From Bacteroidales bacterium (GTDB lineage: Bacteria > Bacteroidota > Bacteroidia > Bacteroidales > WCHB1-69), in assembly GCA_017633255.1 (NCBI GenBank), contig JAGBPS010000022.1, forward strand, positions 2,963-66,962: 64,000 nucleotides of DNA. The letters are read 5' to 3'. This document shows, piece by piece, positions 9,783 to 16,825 of this stretch (positions are counted from its first letter, which is position 1; each line of letters starts with the position of its first letter). A program made the position numbers and the translations under genes. Under the pieces are notes generated by a model. The model was not told the origin of the DNA. It made no database searches and saw only the letters and a list, made by a program, of their open reading frames with translations.

Positions 9783-9845
9783 GGGTTAGGGATTAGGCGT
9801 TAGTAATTCAATTTTCAGTTTTCAGTTTTCAACTTTCAGTTTTTA
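9783..9845 (-). repeat. Stop-phased heptamer array (9 units) starting at the stop codon of the M23 gene
   Basis: Minus strand from 9845: TAAAAAC TGAAAGT TGAAAAC TGAAAAC TGAAAAT TGAATTA CTAACGC CTAATCC CTAACCC. Confidence 0.9.
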
Positions 9846-10802
9846 TGATAGAGCTTGATTGACAATTTTGGAGGATTCAAGAATAGCGTCGTATTCTTCG
9901 GGAGTGATGTCATCGAAGAAATAGTGTACAGGGTTAACTTTCACCCCGTTTTTGATTACTTCGTAATGCAGGTGGGGACCAAACGACAGACCCGTGTTGC
10001 CCACATAGCCTATCAGTTCGCCTCGTTTCACCTTCTGTCCAGGTTTCACCACCTTCTTGGAAAGGTGGGCATACAGCGATTGATACGAGAAACCGTGATT
10101 GATAATCACCGTGATACCGTATCCGCTGCCGCCTTTCTCGCGCGAAACCACTCCGTCGGCGGTGGCATATACCGGGGTTCCCTTTGGGGCGGTCAGATCC
10201 ACACCGGTGTGCATACGCATGGTTTTCAGAATAGGATGGTAGCGCGGACCGAAACCGGAGGTGATGGTCTTCAGGTTTTTCAGCGGACGGATAGCCGGGA
10301 TGGAGGTGATCATCTCCGATTTGCGCTGGGCAATGTCGGCGATGGTGTCGAACGACCGTGCCTGTGCGGACAAACGCACAATCAATTGGTCTGCTTTGGC
10401 AGAGGCGTTTTGCAGCAAAGACAGAGCGTCCTGATTGCCTGCGTCAACAGTTTGGTGCGCATAGAGTTGCGGATAACGCTCCGTGGCGGGTACGGGGTTG
10501 GTCTCGAAGATGACTCGGTAGATATTGTCGTCTCTGTTTTCAATGTCCGCCAGGGCTTCCGACATCAGGTCCAGTTGCTTGTCCATGTCCTGCAACTGTT
10601 CTTTCAGTTGCTCGTTTTCCTGCTGGAGCATCTTCTCCTTGGGAGAATCAATCAGATAAAAGGCAATCCAAATAAAAATGACCGCAAACGTCAAGGCGCT
10701 GGCAAATAGCCACAACACGCGCTTGATAATATCTTTAACGCTCAGCTTCACCTTCTCGAACGATAGGGTGTTGGTGTTAAAATGATAAAAGGTCTTGGCC
10801 AT
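9843..10802 (-). CDS. M23 (LytM) family metallopeptidase, membrane anchored, coiled-coil
   Basis: 319 aa. Motifs HTGVDL..GNTGLSFGPHLHYEVIKNGVKVNPVHYF. Confidence 0.88.
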   Translation of the reverse strand: MAKTFYHFNTNTLSFEKVKLSVKDIIKRVLWLFASALTFAVIFIWIAFYLIDSPKEKMLQQENEQLKEQLQDMDKQLDLMSEALADIENRDDNIYRVIFETNPVPATERYPQLYAHQTVDAGNQDALSLLQNASAKADQLIVRLSAQARSFDTIADIAQRKSEMITSIPAIRPLKNLKTITSGFGPRYHPILKTMRMHTGVDLTAPKGTPVYATADGVVSREKGGSGYGITVIINHGFSYQSLYAHLSKKVVKPGQKVKRGELIGYVGNTGLSFGPHLHYEVIKNGVKVNPVHYFFDDITPEEYDAILESSKIVNQALS

Positions 10803-10810
10803 TAAATTTG

Positions 10811-10890
10811 TTTAGGTTTTAGGGGTTAGGTTTTAGGGATTAGAATTTAGAAGTTTATCTTTTGAATTTTGAATTCTGAATTCTTTATTA
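10811..10890 (-). repeat. Heptamer array (11 units) in phase with the glucosaminidase stop codon
   Basis: Plus strand: TTTAGGT TTTAGGG GTTAGGT TTTAGGG ATTAGAA TTTAGAA GTTTATC TTTTGAA TTTTGAA TTCTGAA TTCTTTA, then tta (the stop complement). Confidence 0.85.
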
Positions 10891-12066
10891 CTTGCAGTCA
10901 ATACAAATCAACGATCCCACCTTAAATCCTCCGTCTGGGGTTTTGTTTCTTTTTATCAGGGTTTTCAGCTGAACCGCATATTTCTGTGACAGGTATCGGA
11001 ATGAATCCGCCATCTCCAGTTTGTGGTAGCTCACATCCGATTTGGTGTTTTTCATTTGCAGATATACCACCTCGCCTGGGATGGGCTCATAGTCGTCGGA
11101 GGCATCATTGTAAAATCTTAAATCCGATTCCATCAACTGGGCATCTTTGGCAATCTTGGCGTAGGTCTCACCTTTTTTGGCAATCACAAATTTGATTTTG
11201 TTGTTCTCGTACACATCCCGCTTGGTATAAGGAAAATAGCTGACCTTGTACTCGTTGGGCTGGGCAGTGAAAACATTCATGCTCACAATTGGACGGTTGT
11301 CGTTGGCAGAAGTATTCGGACGTTTTCCACGTTGAATATATACCTCAATACCATTGATAACGGTGTCAGGTTCAGTTCCGTTTTCGTAAGTCCGCTTTTG
11401 TTGGGCTGCTTCGTTTTGCTGAGCGGTTTCCTGAACTTCAGTTTTCTTTTTAGGCTGTTCTTTCGGAGTCTGGGTATTGCCAGAAGTAGTGGTCACGGGC
11501 TTTGTCCCTGACGTTTGTTGAGGTTCGGCTACCTCTGGTTCCGCAGTTTGTGCGGGCATTCCCTGCTTGTCGAAACGGGTGAGCGTGTATTTCTCGATAA
11601 TCGCAATCAGACGCTGGGCGTATTCCGGATTGACGGAATAGCCGCATGCTTGCAAACCATTGGCCCATGCCTTGTAGTCCATCGGAGACAACTGAAACAG
11701 TGACTCATAGCGGGGACGGGTGGTGAGGAAGAGATTGTGATCCTGGAAGGATTCCTCTACAGTGGCATACGTTCTGTAGCAGTTGCCGCTGCGGTCGGAT
11801 GTCTCGTAATATTGCTCACCTTGGTATTCGGTGTTGCACAGCAGTCCGAAATGATTGCGTGCTTCCCGTGCCACCTTGCTCTGTCCCGCATTGGACGAGT
11901 AGATAGCCTGCGCCAGCTTGATACTGGCGGGAATTTTATAGGTTTTCATGGACTGCACCGCCAGTTTCGAGTAATTGTCGATGTAGTTCAAAACGTCCTC
12001 TTCAGCATATTGTGAGTAGGCGCAAATTGTTGATAAACAAACAAATAATAATAATATTTTTTTCAT
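10888..12066 (-). CDS. Glucosaminidase (mannosyl-glycoprotein endo-beta-N-acetylglucosaminidase) with C-terminal LysM domains
   Basis: 392 aa with a signal peptide. Contains IPASIKLAQAIYSSNAGQSKVAREARNHFGL (glucosaminidase domain), a low-complexity linker, and LysM-like repeats (YAKIAKDAQL.., FRYLSQKYAVQLKTLIKRN). Confidence 0.8.
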   Translation of the reverse strand: MKKILLLFVCLSTICAYSQYAEEDVLNYIDNYSKLAVQSMKTYKIPASIKLAQAIYSSNAGQSKVAREARNHFGLLCNTEYQGEQYYETSDRSGNCYRTYATVEESFQDHNLFLTTRPRYESLFQLSPMDYKAWANGLQACGYSVNPEYAQRLIAIIEKYTLTRFDKQGMPAQTAEPEVAEPQQTSGTKPVTTTSGNTQTPKEQPKKKTEVQETAQQNEAAQQKRTYENGTEPDTVINGIEVYIQRGKRPNTSANDNRPIVSMNVFTAQPNEYKVSYFPYTKRDVYENNKIKFVIAKKGETYAKIAKDAQLMESDLRFYNDASDDYEPIPGEVVYLQMKNTKSDVSYHKLEMADSFRYLSQKYAVQLKTLIKRNKTPDGGFKVGSLICIDCK

Positions 12067-12071
12067 AATGT

Positions 12072-13181
12072 TTAGTGTTTCAATAAGATTATATCATTAG
12101 GATGAATAACTGAATTTTCGTTCAAATTATTGTATTTGAAAATGGAATTAAGCTGGACTCCATATTTCTGTGAGATGTAACGTAGTGTCTCTCCGGCACT
12201 TACTGTGTGTTTCTTTTCTTTGCCGGCTTTGGCTTTCAGGCCGATATACACCACTTCGCCCACTACAGCTTCCTGTTTTTTATCCACAATATCATTATAT
12301 CTGCGGATGTTTTTTTCAGAATCCTGCACATCCTTGGCGATGGAAGCGTAAGTCTCACCCTCAGCGACAATGACAAAATAGCAGCGGTTATTGGCATACA
12401 CCTCACGTTCCGTAAACGGATACTTCACTTTCGGATACTGATTGGGTTCCGCGGTGAATACTCCTGTCCTCGTAGGCTGTTGATCTATATTCGAAGAAGT
12501 CCCTTCCTGAGGAATAGCACTATTACTTGCTACCTGATTCCTGTCACCTGATTCCTGACCACTATTTTCTGTCCCCTGTAACTTGTCCCCTGTAACCTGA
12601 TAAGCTGTAACATGAGCTTCTGCCCAAGCGATATTTTCCTCGGTAAACCAGTTGCTCTCAGCTCGCTGTTGGCAAAGCGTGTCCCATTGGGCAATGTTGA
12701 AGCGTTCAATCAGGTCGATCAGTCGTTCGGCATATTTGGGATTGGTGGCGTAGCCGGCGGCTTTCAAGCCTTTGGCCCAGGCCTTGTAGTCCATCACATC
12801 CAGCTGAAACAGTCCTGCATAGCGGGGACGGGAAGTCAGAAAGAGGGAATGGTCGTTGTAAGAGTCTTCCACCCGTTCGTATTTTCTGAAGCATTCCTGG
12901 AGTTCGTCATCGTCAATTCTCACGGTGTCGCCGGTCCATTCTTTGTGGCACTTGATGCCGAAATGGTTTTTTCCGTCACGGGCCAAGCGGCTGGTGCCGC
13001 AGGCGCTTTCAAATACGCCCTGTGCCAAAGTGATGCTGGCGGGGATCTTGTACTGGTACATCTTCAGGATGGCCAACTCCTTGTATTGGTCGATATAGCG
13101 GGCAATGTCCTCCTCAGTATATTGGGCGGAGACTTGCAAGCTGACTAACAGGCAAAGAAGTGCAATTATTGTCTTTCTCAT
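12072..13181 (-). CDS. Glucosaminidase with C-terminal LysM domains (tandem paralog of 10888..12066)
   Basis: Track ORF 12072..13208 trimmed to MRKTIIALLCLL (signal peptide). Contains IPASITLAQGVFESACGTSRLARDGKNHFGI. The linker is encoded by 7-nt periodic DNA. Confidence 0.8.
   Translation of the reverse strand: MRKTIIALLCLLVSLQVSAQYTEEDIARYIDQYKELAILKMYQYKIPASITLAQGVFESACGTSRLARDGKNHFGIKCHKEWTGDTVRIDDDELQECFRKYERVEDSYNDHSLFLTSRPRYAGLFQLDVMDYKAWAKGLKAAGYATNPKYAERLIDLIERFNIAQWDTLCQQRAESNWFTEENIAWAEAHVTAYQVTGDKLQGTENSGQESGDRNQVASNSAIPQEGTSSNIDQQPTRTGVFTAEPNQYPKVKYPFTEREVYANNRCYFVIVAEGETYASIAKDVQDSEKNIRRYNDIVDKKQEAVVGEVVYIGLKAKAGKEKKHTVSAGETLRYISQKYGVQLNSIFKYNNLNENSVIHPNDIILLKH
12531..12612 (-). 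repeat. 7-nt periodic repeat inside the coding linker of glucosaminidase 12072..13181
   Basis: cctgattcctgtca/cctgattcctgacca and tgtcccctgtaac x2. The 15-mer TGTCCCCTGTAACCT (12584-12598) recurs intergenically at 57240-57254. Confidence 0.8.
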
Positions 13182-13262
13182 CAGGTTGTTTTTTTTAATT
13201 AAGAACAAAGAATTAAGAGTTAAGAATGTTGATTTGTTTTTTTCGTTAAGAAGTTGAGATGA

Positions 13263-13325
13263 ATTTTTAATTCTTAGTTTTTAGTTCTTAATTTTCAACT
13301 TTCAGTTTTCAATTTTCAGTTTTCA
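13263..13325 (-). repeat. Stop-phased heptamer array (9 units) starting at the ddl stop codon
   Basis: Minus strand from 13325: TGAAAAC TGAAAAT TGAAAAC TGAAAGT TGAAAAT TAAGAAC TAAAAAC TAAGAAT TAAAAAT. Confidence 0.92.
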
Positions 13326-14303
13326 GTTTTTTAAAGCGTCCATCACCACACTTGTGTAAAAGTCCTTCAAGTTAAACCCACTGGCTGTCAGCTGGGCAGG
13401 AATGATACTCATCGCCGTCTGTCCCGGAATGGTGTTGATTTCGATAAAATAGGGAACTCCGTCCGGCGTGATGATAAAATCGACTCTCACAATTCCGTCG
13501 CAGTTTAAAAAGTGGTAAATCTGCTCCGAATATTTCAGCACCAGTTCATAGCTTTCTTTCGGAATACGGGCGGGGGTGTACATGTCGTGCAGACCGTCGG
13601 TGTATTTGGCTTGGTAGTCGTAGAATTCGTTTTTGGGACAGATTTCGGTCACGGCCAAAGCTCTGGGCTTGCCATCCACCAGGGCCACACCGCAGGCAAG
13701 TTCCTGACCGGGCACCAATTTCTCGATCATCAGCTGATCGTCATATTTGAAAGCCTCTTCCACAGCGGCTTTCACCTCGCTGGGGTTATGCACCTTGGTC
13801 ACCCCCACGCTGGAACCTGAGTTGCACGATTTGATGAAGCAGGGATAGCCACAAACCTTCTCTATCTCGTCCATGTCGATTTTATCGTCGTGGTAGTAAT
13901 GCAGCGACGGAGCAATCGGCACTTTCAGCTCGCGCACAGCCAAATTGCAGAAATATTTGTTGAAGGTCAAAGCCGAACAGAAGCAGTCGCAGCCGGTATA
14001 GGGGATATCGAGCATGTCGAAATAACCCTGGAACTTGCCGTTTTCGCCTGGATTGCCGTGGATGGCAATAAACACCACATCGAAAACGATTTTTTGCCCG
14101 TTGATTGTCAGCGAGAAATCGTTTTTGTCAATCAGGTGTTTCTGTTTTTGCTCATCTGTGTAGCTCCATTCGGTGCCTTTTACATGGATAAAGTAAGGAT
14201 TGAACAAATTTCTGTCTAACTGCGACATGATGTTGTCGCCGCTTCTGAGGGAGACCTCGTATTCGCCGGAATTTCCGCCTGCCAGAACTGCTACGTTTTT
14301 CAT
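13323..14303 (-). CDS. ddl: D-alanine--D-alanine ligase
   Basis: 326 aa. MKNVAVLAGGNSGEYEVSLRSG plus ATP-grasp motifs. Confidence 0.92.
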   Translation of the reverse strand: MKNVAVLAGGNSGEYEVSLRSGDNIMSQLDRNLFNPYFIHVKGTEWSYTDEQKQKHLIDKNDFSLTINGQKIVFDVVFIAIHGNPGENGKFQGYFDMLDIPYTGCDCFCSALTFNKYFCNLAVRELKVPIAPSLHYYHDDKIDMDEIEKVCGYPCFIKSCNSGSSVGVTKVHNPSEVKAAVEEAFKYDDQLMIEKLVPGQELACGVALVDGKPRALAVTEICPKNEFYDYQAKYTDGLHDMYTPARIPKESYELVLKYSEQIYHFLNCDGIVRVDFIITPDGVPYFIEINTIPGQTAMSIIPAQLTASGFNLKDFYTSVVMDALKN

Positions 14304-14407
14304 TTTACATTATTATTTATTCTGGCAAAGATACAAAAATCAACCCCAGCAATTTCTTAATGAGGGATTACTTTTGAACATGGTGAAGTTAATTTTCACC
14401 TTTGTGT

Positions 14408-14564
14408 GAGATTCTGCCTGTCGCTGCGCTCCATGCGGAATGGTGCGCAGTGATTTGAAGTAACGGAGAGGAGGGGGGATGGGCGACGCCCATCCCCCCT
14501 CCTCTTATATCCATCAGGAGCATCACCATTCCGCAAGCTCACGCAGTGAGAGCAGCGGAATCTC
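14408..14564. repeat. 157-bp nested palindromic element (MITE/REP-like)
   Basis: Imperfect ~40-bp terminal inverted repeats (GAGATTCTGCCTGTCGCTGCG..GCGGAATGGTG / CACCATTCCGC..CGCAGTGAGAGCAGCGGAATCTC) flank a perfect 19-bp-arm palindrome at 14467-14505 (AGAGGAGGGGGGATGGGCG a CGCCCATCCCCCCTCCTCT). A third arm copy lies at 14595-14626. Confidence 0.85.
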
Positions 14565-14632
14565 CATTCTTTCGAATAACTTTTGTTTTAGGTACACCAT
14601 CACGCAGTGAGCGCCGCGGAATCCCCAGCATC

Positions 14633-15019
14633 TTATCCGTGCAAATCGTCTTGTTCTGTTTCTGACTTTCCCAATAATTCATCCATAACCTGTTTCACTT
14701 GTTCTGCCCAGGTTTTCTGTTTTTCGCAAAATCCATTTTCCGTCACTAGCTCCTTCCATTCGGGATTTCGATTGTTGATGAGTGTGAGTTTCTCACTCCT
14801 TGTCATGTTCTTTAGTTGATTCTCCCGCTGGATAGCAGAGTTGTAGTCGGGGATCTCTTCGAAATACACACAATATTCACAGTTATAACGGTCGGAAAAA
14901 GAGCCTTTGTAATAATGTTTTTTATGTTGTGTTACTCGCTTGACAATGTCAACGGTGCAGCCAGTATAAAGTACATTGTGGTATTTATTGGTCATGATGT
15001 ATGTATATCCTGATTTCAT
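14633..15019 (-). CDS. GIY-YIG nuclease-superfamily protein (COG2827-like) with C-terminal extension
   Basis: 128 aa. GYTYIMTNKYHNVLYTGCT..V.RV.QHK...AIQRENQLKN matches the GIY-YIG core. A -7 box lies at 15094-15101(-). Confidence 0.8.
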   Translation of the reverse strand: MKSGYTYIMTNKYHNVLYTGCTVDIVKRVTQHKKHYYKGSFSDRYNCEYCVYFEEIPDYNSAIQRENQLKNMTRSEKLTLINNRNPEWKELVTENGFCEKQKTWAEQVKQVMDELLGKSETEQDDLHG

Positions 15020-15219
15020 AGTTTATTGTATTGGTTCACGTAGGTGTTTGAAGCAGCAAGAGTCAGCCCATTTTAAATCATTTTTTTACATTGCAAATAT
15101 ACAATTTATTTTAATATAAATTGCAAAAATTATTTTTAATGTGATGTATGAAAACCAAATTCAAAAAATTTTCAGTAAGAGTAATTTAACTCCCATGCAT
15201 GGCAATCTTCTAAAAACAA

Positions 15220-15264
15220 TTGGCACATTAGCACATTTGCTAATTAGCACATTGAAAAATTTCG
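15220..15264 (+). repeat. Promoter-proximal octamer module TTGGCAC-ATTAGCAC-ATTTGCTA-ATTAGCAC-ATTGAAAA
   Basis: Runs directly into the prfA -7 box. Related copies at 30505-30537, 31977-32033 and 57704-57778(-). Confidence 0.85.
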
Positions 15265-15272
15265 TATCTTTG
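15265..15272 (+). promoter_or_regulatory. -7 box TATCTTTG (prfA)
   Basis: Matches TAnnTTTG, 28 nt upstream of ATG 15300. Immediately preceded by the octamer module 15220-15264. Confidence 0.65.
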
Positions 15273-15299
15273 CACGCTTATTTATATATTGGAGGAGAA

Positions 15300-16382
15300 A
15301 TGAACGATTTGTTAGACAAATTAGCGGTTATCCATCAGAAATGGCTGGAAATTGGTGAGGAGATTACCAAGCCTGAAGTCATCGCCGACATGAAGCGCTT
15401 TATCAAGCTGAGCAAGGACTACAAGGATTTGCAGGCGGTGGTGGAAGCCTATAAGAAATACAAAAATGTAGTAGAGAATATCGCCAACACCAAGGAGGTT
15501 ATTGCTACCGAAAAAGACGAGGACTTCCGTGAAATGGCCAAGCAGGAACTGGATACTTTTCTGCAGGAAAAAGAGAAAATGGAGGAGGATATCCGTCTGT
15601 TGCTATTGCCTTCCGACCCGCAGGACAGCAAAAACGCCCAGGTGGAAATCCGTGCCGGTACCGGTGGCGACGAGGCCAGTATCTTTGCTGGCGACCTTTT
15701 CCGCATGTATCAGCATTATTGCGACAAGAAAGGCTGGAAATACGATGTGGTTTCCATGACTGAGGGTACTGTGGGCGGTTTCAAGGAAATTGTGTTCACC
15801 ATCAGCGGTGAGGGTGTTTATGGCCTGATGAAATACGAGTCTGGTGTGCACCGCGTGCAGCGTGTGCCGCAAACCGAGGCCCAAGGCCGTGTGCATACTT
15901 CCGCCGCTTCAGTGGTGGTGCTGCCCGAAGCCGACGAGTTCGATGTGGAACTGAAGATGAGCGATATCCGCAAGGATACCTACTGCTCTTCAGGACCTGG
16001 CGGCCAGTCGGTGAACACAACCTACTCGGCTGTGCGTCTGACCCACATTCCCACGGGTATTGTGGTGGCCATCCAGGATGAAAAATCGCAGTTGAAGAAC
16101 CTCGATAAGGCCATGAGCGTGTTGAGAACCCGTCTGTTCGAGCGCGAGTACAAGAAATACCTCGATGAGGTGGCCTCCAAACGTAAGACCATGGTGTCAA
16201 CGGGTGACCGTTCCGCAAAAATCCGTACCTACAACTATCCGCAGAACCGTGTGACCGACCACCGTATCAACCTCACTATGTATAACCTTACGGGCTTCAT
16301 GGATGGTGATATCCAGGAGACTATTGAGGCGTTGCAGGTGGCCGAAAATGCGGAGAGACTGAAAGAGGCGGTGGAAATCTAA
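15300..16382 (+). CDS. prfA: Peptide chain release factor 1
   Basis: Track ORF 15141..16382 trimmed to ATG 15300 (MNDLLDKL..), 28 nt after the -7 box. Has the GGQ motif SGPGGQSVNTT and an RF1-type tripeptide region RVPQTEAQGRVHTSA. Confidence 0.93.
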   Translation: MNDLLDKLAVIHQKWLEIGEEITKPEVIADMKRFIKLSKDYKDLQAVVEAYKKYKNVVENIANTKEVIATEKDEDFREMAKQELDTFLQEKEKMEEDIRLLLLPSDPQDSKNAQVEIRAGTGGDEASIFAGDLFRMYQHYCDKKGWKYDVVSMTEGTVGGFKEIVFTISGEGVYGLMKYESGVHRVQRVPQTEAQGRVHTSAASVVVLPEADEFDVELKMSDIRKDTYCSSGPGGQSVNTTYSAVRLTHIPTGIVVAIQDEKSQLKNLDKAMSVLRTRLFEREYKKYLDEVASKRKTMVSTGDRSAKIRTYNYPQNRVTDHRINLTMYNLTGFMDGDIQETIEALQVAENAERLKEAVEI

Positions 16383-16470
16383 TTCAGAATTTATATTGCG
16401 GCTGTGGGAAGCAGTCGCCTCCATAGAAAAACATCAAAAAAATTTCATAACAACTTAAAATCACAAAAAT

Positions 16471-16785
16471 ATGGCATTAGCAATTACATCCGAAAATTTC
16501 GAAACTATCGCCAAGGGCGATAAGTTAGTGGTTATTGATTTCTGGGCACCCTGGTGCGGTCCTTGCAGAGCTTTGGGTCCGACCATCGAAGAGGTGGCTG
16601 CTGAATACGAAGGCAAAGCCGTTATCGGCAAATGCGATACCGACGCTGAAGGCGAACTCGCCATGCAGTTTGGTGTGCGTAATATCCCTATGCTGGTGTT
16701 CCTCAAGAACGGCGAGGTGAAAGACGTGCATGTGGGCACTATCAAAAAGAGTGATTTGACCGCCAAAATCGATTCACTGCTGTAA
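16471..16785 (+). CDS. trxA: Thioredoxin
   Basis: 104 aa with the WAPWCGPC active site. Confidence 0.93.
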   Translation: MALAITSENFETIAKGDKLVVIDFWAPWCGPCRALGPTIEEVAAEYEGKAVIGKCDTDAEGELAMQFGVRNIPMLVFLKNGEVKDVHVGTIKKSDLTAKIDSLL

Positions 16786-16825
16786 TCATCGAGACAAATT
16801 TATTATTCACTAAAACTTTCATATT

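Noticed and set aside
15220-15242. Sigma-54-like TTGGCAC motif
   Set aside because: TGGCAC is followed by TTGC only after 10 nt, not the required 5 nt. The other module copies lack TTGC at the right spacing, and a standard -7 box lies downstream.
15141-15299. N-terminal 53-aa extension of prfA in the ORF track (similar extensions occur at 5197, 23483, 24757, 25053, 32025, 38250, 45295, 56055 and 57712)
   Set aside because: The extensions read through promoter boxes or repeat modules and are not part of the conserved proteins. Internal ATGs 20-28 nt downstream of TAnnTTTG boxes give canonical N-termini.
15300-16382. Programmed +1 frameshift site as in prfB
   Set aside because: The gene is RF1 (RF1-type tripeptide region and an uninterrupted frame from ATG 15300). 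No internal in-frame stop or frameshift context is present.
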